Virus record (IMG/VR): IMGVR_UViG_3300042303_000421
Coordinates: 15,655-79,654 of that record
Strand: one strand, 5' to 3'
From: a virus
DNA: 64,000 nt
Shown: in pieces, positions 49,872-58,866 of the stretch
Position numbering within the stretch: position 1 is the first letter of the stretch
Layout: each line of letters begins with the position of its first letter
Position numbers and translations under genes: made by a program
Notes under the pieces: generated by a model
Database searches by the model: none
What the model saw: the letters and a program-made list of their open reading frames with translations, nothing else
Told to the model about the DNA's origin: nothing

Positions 49872-50081
49872 TTATTTTATATTTTCAAGTGGATAAACAT
49901 TTAAAATTGAATCTTTTATTCCATCTTGAACTTCTTCAATATTTATTTTTTCATAAACGTGAGTTAAAGCAGCTTCTACATGAAATTTAGCAAATTCAAT
50001 CATCTTTTCATTAAAAGACATTGGTAAACCATTTATATCTTTTTTATCATAAAATTCTTCTGCTTTTGGTATATTATTCAT
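49872..50081 (-). CDS. Hypothetical protein
   Basis: MIEFAK.HVEAAL...SIL..YPLENIK motif common in Bacteroidota phages. Confidence 0.55.
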   Translation of the reverse strand: MNNIPKAEEFYDKKDINGLPMSFNEKMIEFAKFHVEAALTHVYEKINIEEVQDGIKDSILNVYPLENIK

Positions 50082-51276
50082 TTTGTTTATATTTAATTAT
50101 ACAATCTTCAATATTATCACAATTAATAATATTAAAATCATTCATGTTTTCCATCATTTTAGAAAACCATATTTCTTCTTGTGTGTTTTTAGTAAGTAAT
50201 ATAAATACATTACCTATTTTATCACCATTTTGACGTAATCTACCTACTCTTTGTATAATATCTTTTTCTACACCATAATATGAATGTATAATACAATTAT
50301 CAATGTTAGTTAAATTAGCACCTTGTTTAAGTTTTTTAAATGAAGCAATATGATTAATTTTATTATTATCAAAGTTACTTCTAATTAAATCATTTTTATC
50401 TTCTGAGTTTTTAGAAGATACTACATTATTAGTTATTTTTAATAATGAATCTAAACTATTACCAAAAATTATAGTTTTACCATCAATATTTTTTAATAGT
50501 GTTTTAATAACTGATATTTTAGAAGGTAAATTAAATAATAAATGACTTCTTTTATGTGAAGTAATTCTAATTTTTAATGATTTTAATTCTTCATCTTCTA
50601 AAAACCATGAACGTTTATGTTCTTTATCCCAATAATCATAAGAAGCTTTTTCAGTTTGTAAAAATGATTTTTTCAAACTACCTGCTTTTACTGTTTTTTC
50701 AACAGCTTCAAGTTCGTGATTGATTACATAAATGTTTAATTTACGTGATACACCTTCACTTTGACCTTCACTTATTGTATATTTAAATATGACAGGAGCT
50801 ATTTTATCTAAAAGATGACCTTTAGTAAAAATAGTATCTCCTTGTTCATATTTAGTTTTTCTATCTACTGTTGCAGATAATCCAATAATAGCTTTGTATG
50901 AATTATTAAAATAAAATTTAGAGTAATTAGGACTTAATGAATCATGTATTTCATCTGCAATAACTAATCCAAAAGATCTATCTTTCCATTTATAAACAGT
51001 CTGATAACAATAAAATTTTATATTATAATCATTAACTACATCACAATTAAACAACTTATTAAATAATTTAATATCTTTTAATAAATCTTTTTTACGTTCT
51101 GTAGTTTCAGCTAAAAACAAATGAATAGAATCATCCTTATCCATTGTGTACAACGCATGTAAAGCAAGTATAGTTTTACCAACACCTGTTGCCAACTCGG
51201 CAGTTCCAATTTTTTCATTATTTAACCATTTATTTAATGCTTTTTTTTGTATTTTATCTTTTAACTCATTTAACAT
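50074..51276 (-). CDS. Superfamily 2 DExH helicase
   Basis: ATGVGKT, DEIH, GLSAT, QRVGR. Confidence 0.9.
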   Translation of the reverse strand: MLNELKDKIQKKALNKWLNNEKIGTAELATGVGKTILALHALYTMDKDDSIHLFLAETTERKKDLLKDIKLFNKLFNCDVVNDYNIKFYCYQTVYKWKDRSFGLVIADEIHDSLSPNYSKFYFNNSYKAIIGLSATVDRKTKYEQGDTIFTKGHLLDKIAPVIFKYTISEGQSEGVSRKLNIYVINHELEAVEKTVKAGSLKKSFLQTEKASYDYWDKEHKRSWFLEDEELKSLKIRITSHKRSHLLFNLPSKISVIKTLLKNIDGKTIIFGNSLDSLLKITNNVVSSKNSEDKNDLIRSNFDNNKINHIASFKKLKQGANLTNIDNCIIHSYYGVEKDIIQRVGRLRQNGDKIGNVFILLTKNTQEEIWFSKMMENMNDFNIINCDNIEDCIIKYKQNE

Positions 51277-51301
51277 TTATCTTTCTTTCATTGTTAAAAA
51301 A

Positions 51302-51392
51302 AATAATAGAGAGAAGGTAGGATTCGAACCTACTTGAAAATCCTGCACCTTATATCACGTTCAGATCCATAAGTATACTTCTCTCCATTATT
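51302..51392 (-). ncRNA. tRNA-like element (intact acceptor and T arms, degenerate D and anticodon arms)
   Basis: GAGAGAAG/CTTCTCTC acceptor-like stem, GTAGG-TTCGAAT-CCTAC T arm, tRNA-like length, no CCA. Confidence 0.65.
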
Positions 51393-51533
51393 AATTATTA
51401 AAAAAGACACCTACAGTTTCACTATATGTAACCAATATATTTATTGGTGAATAACTTACGTTTTATACATATTTCGGGTCTTTCAAGGTTTCTGGGTGTT
51501 TTTAATTTACGCTACTACAAACCTTTTTTCACG

Positions 51534-52040
51534 TTATTTATTATGTATTTCTTTTAATATTGGTGATAATTTCATAAAATCTTCATAAGAATATATATCT
51601 GATTTCATTCTATTACAATTCCAACAACAAGTAACTACATTTTCTTTTGTATATCCTAAATTATTATTTTTTCTATCCAATTGATAAGCTCTTGAAACAT
51701 AATTTGAATTTTTATCTCTAGTATGTTTATTAAATTCTAATTTTTTATTACAATAATGACAATTTGAATTTTTTATTATTAAAATAAAATCTTCATAATT
51801 TAAATTAATAAAATGATTAGTTTTAGTTAAACAACTATGAATTAATTCATTTAAAATATGTTCATAAGGTTTTTTCTTTTGTGTACATTTTTTACATTTA
51901 CCAGAATGTGTTTTTAATTGTGATTGTTGACTTTTTATATCATTACCACAATCAACACATTCAAAAGTAAATGTTTTATATGTACTACCAGATTTAGATT
52001 TTTTAACATCTATGGATTTTGCATTATTTATGTCTAACAT
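51534..52040 (-). CDS. HNH-like (ββα-Me) endonuclease with Zn motifs
   Basis: CVDC, CKKC, CHYC, LDRKNN..GY..ENVV.CCWNCN.MK. Confidence 0.8.
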   Translation of the reverse strand: MLDINNAKSIDVKKSKSGSTYKTFTFECVDCGNDIKSQQSQLKTHSGKCKKCTQKKKPYEHILNELIHSCLTKTNHFINLNYEDFILIIKNSNCHYCNKKLEFNKHTRDKNSNYVSRAYQLDRKNNNLGYTKENVVTCCWNCNRMKSDIYSYEDFMKLSPILKEIHNK

Positions 52041-52058
52041 AATTTTGTATATTTTATA

Positions 52059-52092
52059 TACAAATATACGAAAAATTTATGAGAATTCCTAA
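52059..52092 (-). promoter_or_regulatory. Bacteroidota-type promoter
   Basis: Minus strand TTAG (52092-52089), 20-nt spacer, TATATTTG (52068-52061). Confidence 0.72.
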
Positions 52093-52099
52093 TATTTTA

Positions 52100-54331
52100 T
52101 TAAAAATTTAACTCACATGCACCACCAGCACAACTTTGTGCACCAGTAGTATTAATTTCAGTATATGTAGGTTTAATATTAGCATTTAACCAATCTACAG
52201 GTTTTAAAGTTTTATTAACTTTATTCCATTTATGTAAAAGATAAACATCTTTTAACAAATAAGATGTTTCTTTATAATCATTATTTAAATAATTACTTGC
52301 AAATTTTTTAAATCTTCTAACCCAATCTTTTTTTAATACTGTATTTGAATTTTCTTCAAAAACAATGTCAAATAATACTGAATCACAAGCTTGCCATAAA
52401 TTATTATTAAAAGCGTGTAAACCATCGACAATTAATCCACTTGCAAATAATGCACCTTCACCATATTTTTTAATAATTTGTTCAATTGTTAAAACAGATG
52501 TAAATGGTGCTTGATTATAATCTTTATCCCCACTATTTGATAATAATGAAATTCCTGCAAAATAATGTCTATTTTCATAAATATAATCTCTAACTTCTTC
52601 CCAATTATCAACATTAATTGTGTTAGAAACATTATGCCTTGTTTCTGGACAAACACATAGTTCTTTGTTTGTACTAGCTTCAACCCAATGTTTTTGTACT
52701 AATTTTATTTTTTCTAATAATTTAATACCTAATAAATCATCTTTAAATAATGAATCAGATTTTACTTCTATTGGAAAACTAGCAACCCAATCAGTTTGAT
52801 TACTTGACCAAGCAGATTCTTCAAACATGTCTGGATTACTTTCTTTTATAAATTTAGGAATATCTTCATCTTTATTTACTTGTACATTTCTAAAATGTTT
52901 TTCAGAATGTTCACCATGAATACCTGAAGCTGTTTTTAATAAAACAGAAGCATTTCCTGAAGGTTTTGTACAACCTATTCTCGCAGCTTGATTTATTCCT
53001 AAAATTTCAGATACTTTTTTATTAGTATCTTTTAAAATTTGAGCACCATATTTAAGTATTTCAGGATTAAATAATATTTCAGGATTATTTGTAAAACCTG
53101 TAATAGAACAACCCAATAAACATTCTCTTTCAAATATAATTTTTGCAGGACTTGTTTTATCTACATAAGGAAAATCTGTATAACCAGCTTGTAGTGTACC
53201 CATAATAGATGAAGCTTTACACATTCTATAGAATTTTTCTTCAGTATCACACATTCCACCATTTCCTTCTGTTAAATTACATCCTTGCCAACCAGATATT
53301 CCTTCAATTTGAGGATATTTACCTATTTCAACACAAGGGTTAAAAGTAATATCATAATTATCTGTCCAAATAAAACCTGGCTCACCCCAATCTTTTACAG
53401 ATTGAAATATTTTATCAAATTCTTCTTTAGATATTTTATTTCTTAATAATAAAACAGAATTATTTGATCTTGCTCTTTGAGGATTTTCTTCATACCATTT
53501 TCCTGTTTTAGCATTTAACAATAAACTGTCATCTTTATGAAATAAACAAATTGAAGCAGATCTTCTTACACCTCCACTAAGAACAGCATCTGACATATGC
53601 ATGATAATATCATAAACGTCAATTGTTCTAAGTGTTTTATAATTTATTCTTAATTCAATAAGTTCTTGAATTTTTAATATAGAATTTCTAAGGCCGTCAG
53701 GTCCAGGAGCTTTAAATCCTCCTGAAATTAAAGAACCTTTTTTTCTAATTAAATTATAATCAAAATCAACTCTATATCCTTGATATTCTGGAAAAGTAAC
53801 CTTATATTCTTCAGACAAATAAGAAGAAATTAAAACGCCAATCGCATCACTCCATCCTTCAATAGAATCAGGTATTACAAAAGTTTTAACTCCTTTTGTT
53901 CGATTTTCTAAATTTTTATAATTATCAATATCTTTTTGGAATATTCTAAATCCTATACCACAACCTGACAATAACCAATACATTGCTTCTTGAAAAAATG
54001 CAGGTCTATCAGCATAAGAACTTAAACAATTATACATTTTAGAATTATGTTTTAAAATACCTTGTGTTTCATCTGCAAAACCAAATTGCAATGCTCTCTG
54101 AGAACCTAATAATAATTTTTCATTATATGCTTCTTGTACAAAATCTAAATATGGTGACAATTCTTTTAATTTATCTTTATATTTAATTTTGTGCATATTC
54201 ATAACTCTATCTACGGATTCTTCCCATGTTTCATATCGTTGTTTATTATTTGAATATTTTGAATAATTACCTGAATAAAATTTAAATTCTGATAACAATT
54301 CTTTACCATTTAACTTTTTATCTAACTGCAT
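52100..54331 (-). CDS. nrdJ: Class II (B12-dependent) ribonucleotide reductase
   Basis: YNC, GGVRRSA, WGEPG, NPCVEI, CNLTE, KPSGNAS, C-terminal CAGGAC; no adjacent beta subunit. Confidence 0.85.
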   Translation of the reverse strand: MQLDKKLNGKELLSEFKFYSGNYSKYSNNKQRYETWEESVDRVMNMHKIKYKDKLKELSPYLDFVQEAYNEKLLLGSQRALQFGFADETQGILKHNSKMYNCLSSYADRPAFFQEAMYWLLSGCGIGFRIFQKDIDNYKNLENRTKGVKTFVIPDSIEGWSDAIGVLISSYLSEEYKVTFPEYQGYRVDFDYNLIRKKGSLISGGFKAPGPDGLRNSILKIQELIELRINYKTLRTIDVYDIIMHMSDAVLSGGVRRSASICLFHKDDSLLLNAKTGKWYEENPQRARSNNSVLLLRNKISKEEFDKIFQSVKDWGEPGFIWTDNYDITFNPCVEIGKYPQIEGISGWQGCNLTEGNGGMCDTEEKFYRMCKASSIMGTLQAGYTDFPYVDKTSPAKIIFERECLLGCSITGFTNNPEILFNPEILKYGAQILKDTNKKVSEILGINQAARIGCTKPSGNASVLLKTASGIHGEHSEKHFRNVQVNKDEDIPKFIKESNPDMFEESAWSSNQTDWVASFPIEVKSDSLFKDDLLGIKLLEKIKLVQKHWVEASTNKELCVCPETRHNVSNTINVDNWEEVRDYIYENRHYFAGISLLSNSGDKDYNQAPFTSVLTIEQIIKKYGEGALFASGLIVDGLHAFNNNLWQACDSVLFDIVFEENSNTVLKKDWVRRFKKFASNYLNNDYKETSYLLKDVYLLHKWNKVNKTLKPVDWLNANIKPTYTEINTTGAQSCAGGACELNF

Positions 54332-54377
54332 ATATCTCTTTCATTTGTGGTTACTACCACGTTCATTTCATTATTAA

Positions 54378-54806
54378 TTAATTACCTGTACTACCAAAAC
54401 TTTTATCACCTCGTTCAGTAGTAGATAATTCTTCTACTTCTTCAAAAGTAACTTGTGGTATTGGTAAAATTATTAATTGTGCTATTCTATCACCAGTATT
54501 GTAAATATTACAATTAGGAATAGGTTTAAAACGACATTTAATTGGTCCTCTATAGTTAGAGTCCACTACACCTACTGCGTTCGCTAAAATCAATCCTGTG
54601 TGGCTTATAGAGCTTCTAGGAAACACTAATCCTACATGACCTTCTGGAATTTCCATTGAAATACCTGTATCATATTCTAAATATCCATAATTATCTTCAT
54701 TTACTGAAGTCATAGCTATAGCTGTTAAATCTAAACCTGCATCACCTTCTTTAGAATAAGACGGTATCACTGCTTCAGGATGTAACTTTTTTATTTTTAT
54801 ATTCAT
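54378..54806 (-). CDS. dut: dUTPase (trimeric)
   Basis: AGLDL, PRSS, GVVDSNYRG, RIAQL, RG..SFGSTG. Confidence 0.95.
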   Translation of the reverse strand: MNIKIKKLHPEAVIPSYSKEGDAGLDLTAIAMTSVNEDNYGYLEYDTGISMEIPEGHVGLVFPRSSISHTGLILANAVGVVDSNYRGPIKCRFKPIPNCNIYNTGDRIAQLIILPIPQVTFEEVEELSTTERGDKSFGSTGN

Positions 54807-55341
54807 CTATATTTATTGTTTCGTGTTCTATTTCAACAAAATCGCCTAATTCAGCGTTATCATCTAATTTTACATTAAATTGTTCTTCTAATTTCTCTTT
54901 GAGTATTTTTTCTTTGTATAATATTTGTTTTTGTTTTAATATAAAATTAATACCTATTGTTGATTTACCATATAATTTTGTCCAAAAATCTAATATTTGA
55001 TTTTTAGCATCTTTCCCAAATTCTGAATACTTACTATTTAATAATAAATAATATTCTACAAGATATTCTTCAGGAAATTTAAAAACATATAATACTTTTT
55101 CATCAGAATCATGTAATTCTACAAAATACTGATTATCTGTTAATCTATGTTCATATGCTGTAAATTCAGGATTTTTAAATGAAAAATCTTGTTCAATAAT
55201 AATACAATCTATGTGTTTGTTTTCTGAATCAAACAACCATGTATTTTCTATTAAATTAAAATATTCATTTTCAATTCCAATTAGTGGTGCAATTAATGGT
55301 AATAAAAAGGTCTTACTTTTATTATACTTTGGTTTACTCAT
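54775..55341 (-). CDS. Conserved hypothetical protein
   Basis: FLLP..., VFK.PE.Y......KYS pattern typical of crAss-like replication regions. Confidence 0.55.
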   Translation of the reverse strand: MSKPKYNKSKTFLLPLIAPLIGIENEYFNLIENTWLFDSENKHIDCIIIEQDFSFKNPEFTAYEHRLTDNQYFVELHDSDEKVLYVFKFPEEYLVEYYLLLNSKYSEFGKDAKNQILDFWTKLYGKSTIGINFILKQKQILYKEKILKEKLEEQFNVKLDDNAELGDFVEIEHETINIDEYKNKKVTS

Positions 55342-56350
55342 TTACTTCTATAAAATCATCTTTTAAAATTAAACACCCATTTTGTTCTAAGATTTCTTTA
55401 GGTAATATAAATTCCTTATTTTTCCAATGATAATATATATCATCTAATAAATGGTTTAAACCACGATATTTATATTTACCAGCCATCATAAAACCATTTA
55501 ATGCTGCATTATGCCATTTTTCACTTACTTGATATATTAAAGGAAAATTTTCTGTTCTTGATAAATATATAAATTTAAAAGGCATTAATTTATAATCTAC
55601 TAAATTTAATTCTTTACAAATATGTTCAAATGCTAAAGAATAAACACATTCTTGTAAATAATATCTATATTTGATAAAACTTTCCATAAATTCTAAACTT
55701 TTAGGAGCACCTGTTTTAATATCTTCCATATACACTTTTTTATTTGTATGGTCAATAGTTAATTTATCAAGTATTCCTTTAAATGTAAAGTTTTTATATT
55801 TAAATTTTATTTTATATTGATAATGATTTTCTAAATTATTATTAAATATTCCTTTTGTATATTCATGATTTAAAAATATATCTACAGATTCTTTTGCTTT
55901 AGTATATTCTTCTTTAGTTACAATTTTTTTATCTTTAGTTTCAAATTTGATTTTTAAATAATCCCAAAATTCTGGAATATTAAAATTTGCTATTTTAGTA
56001 TCTTCTTTATATTTACTCCAATAACTATTTTTATTTACAATATTTAAAACTTCATTAACATCAGGTATTTCAATATAATTATTTAAAATTATATCACATA
56101 AAAGTCCTAATGTTGCAGTTGGTTTATTTTCATCATAAACAACATATTCTTCATTAAATAAATTAGTGTTTTGTATTCTATCTGTTAATAAAATATCTAC
56201 TACACTACCATGTTTCATTCCTTCATTTTCACTAGTGATTTTTTGAAGTAATGCTTTTGGTCCATTTCTATCAAAATCTGAAACTCTACTGTAACTTAAA
56301 CTTAAATCTATTGTTTCTTCATTGTCTAATAGTTTACTTAACTTGTTCAT
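55334..56350 (-). CDS. PD-(D/E)XK exonuclease (RecB/exo VIII-like)
   Basis: LSYS, GS.VD, KG.LD...EDIKT, Y.LQ..VY. Confidence 0.8.
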   Translation of the reverse strand: MNKLSKLLDNEETIDLSLSYSRVSDFDRNGPKALLQKITSENEGMKHGSVVDILLTDRIQNTNLFNEEYVVYDENKPTATLGLLCDIILNNYIEIPDVNEVLNIVNKNSYWSKYKEDTKIANFNIPEFWDYLKIKFETKDKKIVTKEEYTKAKESVDIFLNHEYTKGIFNNNLENHYQYKIKFKYKNFTFKGILDKLTIDHTNKKVYMEDIKTGAPKSLEFMESFIKYRYYLQECVYSLAFEHICKELNLVDYKLMPFKFIYLSRTENFPLIYQVSEKWHNAALNGFMMAGKYKYRGLNHLLDDIYYHWKNKEFILPKEILEQNGCLILKDDFIEVNE

Positions 56351-56600
56351 TATAATTATAGTTTTCATGAAATAAGTTTAGAACTTCTGCTTCTAAGATG
56401 TAACTATGTTCAAGTTGTTTTATTAAAACATCTCTTTCTTGTATATCATTTAAATTTAAAGTTAATTCTAAACTATCTATTTGTCTTTCTAAAAAAAGTC
56501 TAGCTCTATTATAATTTTTAGAGTTAATACAATTTTTAAAATAATTATATTCTTCATCATCAAATGCTAATGAAGCATATTTTTCTAATTTTTCTTTCAT
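56334..56600 (-). CDS. Hypothetical protein
   Basis: ORF packing. Confidence 0.45.
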   Translation of the reverse strand: MKEKLEKYASLAFDDEEYNYFKNCINSKNYNRARLFLERQIDSLELTLNLNDIQERDVLIKQLEHSYILEAEVLNLFHENYNYNEQVK

Positions 56601-56602
56601 AT

Positions 56603-57049
56603 TTATATTTTTATATATACACCTGGATTTTCTTTATCCAACGTATAATATTGATTATTCATTTTAAAAGCGTAAGGAATAAATATATCCATATTATCTT
56701 CTTCAATAATACCATGTGCTACTAATAAATCAGCAATAATTTGATTTGCATTATTAAAATCAAATTTATGTTTAGTTTTCCTTACAAAATGAAAACCTAT
56801 TTCAAAAGGAGGCTCTTTTCCTTCTAAAACTTTGTTAAATTTTTCTCTTAGTAATTCTATTTGATTAGGTCTATTTACATATCCTACAACCTCTTTACGA
56901 GATGCAGAATATCTTTGTATTCCTAAATTACTAAGATAATCTTTAACAGTTTTAGAAGGAAAGATTCCTCTTGAAGTTTTAATTTTACTATTCTTTAAAC
57001 TAGGCGTGTTATAAGGAATAAATATTAATTTTTCTTCTTTTTTATTCAA
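56603..57049 (-). CDS. RusA-like Holliday junction resolvase
   Basis: PSLKNSK, R..KFDFNN..Q...DL....G.IEEDN. Confidence 0.65.
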   Translation of the reverse strand: MNKKEEKLIFIPYNTPSLKNSKIKTSRGIFPSKTVKDYLSNLGIQRYSASRKEVVGYVNRPNQIELLREKFNKVLEGKEPPFEIGFHFVRKTKHKFDFNNANQIIADLLVAHGIIEEDNMDIFIPYAFKMNNQYYTLDKENPGVYIKI

Positions 57050-57058
57050 ATTAATTTA

Positions 57059-58864
57059 TTAAAATTTAATTTTAGTTGATGAAGCTGCTTGTAAAAATTC
57101 ATCAGCATCAACAACTTTACTATCATTTGAAAGATTTAATGTATCATAACCAAAATTTTCACTTGTTTCAGTTACAGGACTTGTTTCATTTATAAGATCT
57201 TGTAAAGTAATAGATCCTAGTTCTACTTGTTTTATTTTAATATATTTTTCAGTTTCCTTAGCTTTTTGATCAATTCTTATTTTACTTCTTAGTATTTCTT
57301 TTTCATGTTCAGAAATATAAGTAGGTGCAGATTTACCAATACTTGTTTTAAATTTAGATGGATATATAATTTTTTCTAAATCAGATACTGGTGAAAAAGG
57401 ATTAATTCTTTTAAAATTACAATAAATTGAATTTTCATCTTCATACATTTTAGAATCTCTATTTTGATTTTTAATCTGTTCTTTACGATTCAAAAAATAA
57501 GTAATAAGTTCTGCTTTAAAAACATAACCATCTACATATACACCTAAAATATGTATAAGAGGTGGTATATTCATATGTTTTAAAATTGTAGAAGTATTGT
57601 TTTTAACAAAATCTATAATAGAAACATTTAAAATCATAAAAGCTAAAATTTTATCAATATCATACGTAGGTGTATGAATTCTAAATTCTATAGTTTCTTT
57701 ATTACCAAAAATAATAGGAATTAAATTATGAACAAAATATCTTGTATGAACATTCCATTTTTGATTATTTCCTGGATTATTAGGATGAGCTACTACTTGA
57801 CTTAAATCATTATTATATGCTTTAAAAGAAGCACCTTCAGATAAAAATCGAAATATTATTTCAAAATTTCTAGTGATATTTTCAGGAGTTATAATAGGAT
57901 CTAATTTTGAAAGTAATGCTTCAGTTGGATAAGGTGCTGCATAATTTTTATTTTTATATCCAAAATTATACTTTTTATACAAAGGAAATAATTCAAATAT
58001 TTCATTTTGAATATGAAGAGTAGTAATCATAAAAGCTAAAAGAAATTCTGCAGTTCTAGGAATATTACCAATATGTAAATGTAAAGCACAATTATCATTA
58101 AAACTTGTTCTATCTTTTAAAATATTTATACTGTTTTTTAATGTTTGTATTCCTTTAGCACCACTTAATGGTATTGTAACATATTCTAATCCACTAATTG
58201 AACCATCTCTTAATGGTATTAAACCATTTTTAAAACACAAATCTGTAGGTACAAAACCCGTAATAGTTTCAAATTCTAAACCAAAAGTATAATCTTTCAT
58301 CAATTTACTTATATCTTCAGAATCTTTACTTATTTCAATATGTGAATTATTATATGATATAATATTTTTATACATAATACCTTGTGAGTCATAAGGTAAA
58401 CTTTGTTTAAGATTACTACTAGGAACTACTTTTTTAATAAATTCCTTAGCTCTTATTCTTGAAATATTATAAAATTTACCATCAGATAATCTTTCTCTAT
58501 AAGAATAATCATTTTTAAATACATCACGAGATAAAAGATATTGTTCATTTCCATTTTCTAAAATACAATAAATAATTTCATTTTTATTATTTACTGTAAA
58601 ATAACCATTTTCACATTTATCATTAATTATACCAAATAAGATTAATTTATCATTAGATTTAACAATATATTTTTTAACAGTATGATCAAATACAACAAGA
58701 CCTGTTTCAATTCTGTAATATTTTTTATCATCCATTAAATAACAATCACCTGAATTTTCAATAAAAGGATCACCTATCTCATAATAATTTTTATTGAATT
58801 TTTTGGTTTTTTCAATTAATAATTTCTTACCACTAATAGTGGTTACATATTTTTGACTTGACAT
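57059..58864 (-). CDS. Putative amidoligase (glutamine synthetase-like COOH-NH2 ligase)
   Basis: FGLEFET, DGS..GLEYVT.P, CALHLHIG, RY...N, TIEFRIH. Confidence 0.85.
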   Translation of the reverse strand: MSSQKYVTTISGKKLLIEKTKKFNKNYYEIGDPFIENSGDCYLMDDKKYYRIETGLVVFDHTVKKYIVKSNDKLILFGIINDKCENGYFTVNNKNEIIYCILENGNEQYLLSRDVFKNDYSYRERLSDGKFYNISRIRAKEFIKKVVPSSNLKQSLPYDSQGIMYKNIISYNNSHIEISKDSEDISKLMKDYTFGLEFETITGFVPTDLCFKNGLIPLRDGSISGLEYVTIPLSGAKGIQTLKNSINILKDRTSFNDNCALHLHIGNIPRTAEFLLAFMITTLHIQNEIFELFPLYKKYNFGYKNKNYAAPYPTEALLSKLDPIITPENITRNFEIIFRFLSEGASFKAYNNDLSQVVAHPNNPGNNQKWNVHTRYFVHNLIPIIFGNKETIEFRIHTPTYDIDKILAFMILNVSIIDFVKNNTSTILKHMNIPPLIHILGVYVDGYVFKAELITYFLNRKEQIKNQNRDSKMYEDENSIYCNFKRINPFSPVSDLEKIIYPSKFKTSIGKSAPTYISEHEKEILRSKIRIDQKAKETEKYIKIKQVELGSITLQDLINETSPVTETSENFGYDTLNLSNDSKVVDADEFLQAASSTKIKF

Positions 58865-58866
58865 TT

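Noticed and set aside
34-51337. Short overlapping or antisense ORFs in the track (e.g. 34..261, 3209..3397, 9590..9838, 10472..10948, 27900..28427, 47024..47233, 51146..51337)
   Set aside because: Shadows of well-supported genes with no motifs or expression signals
51302-51392. Canonical tRNA, tRNA-Sec or tmRNA
   Set aside because: No pairing anticodon stem, no UCA anticodon or long variable arm, no tag ORF; kept as tRNA-like
51390-52100. Group I intron carrying the HNH gene
   Set aside because: RNR and helicase are both complete, HNH has its own promoter, no convincing P7 core
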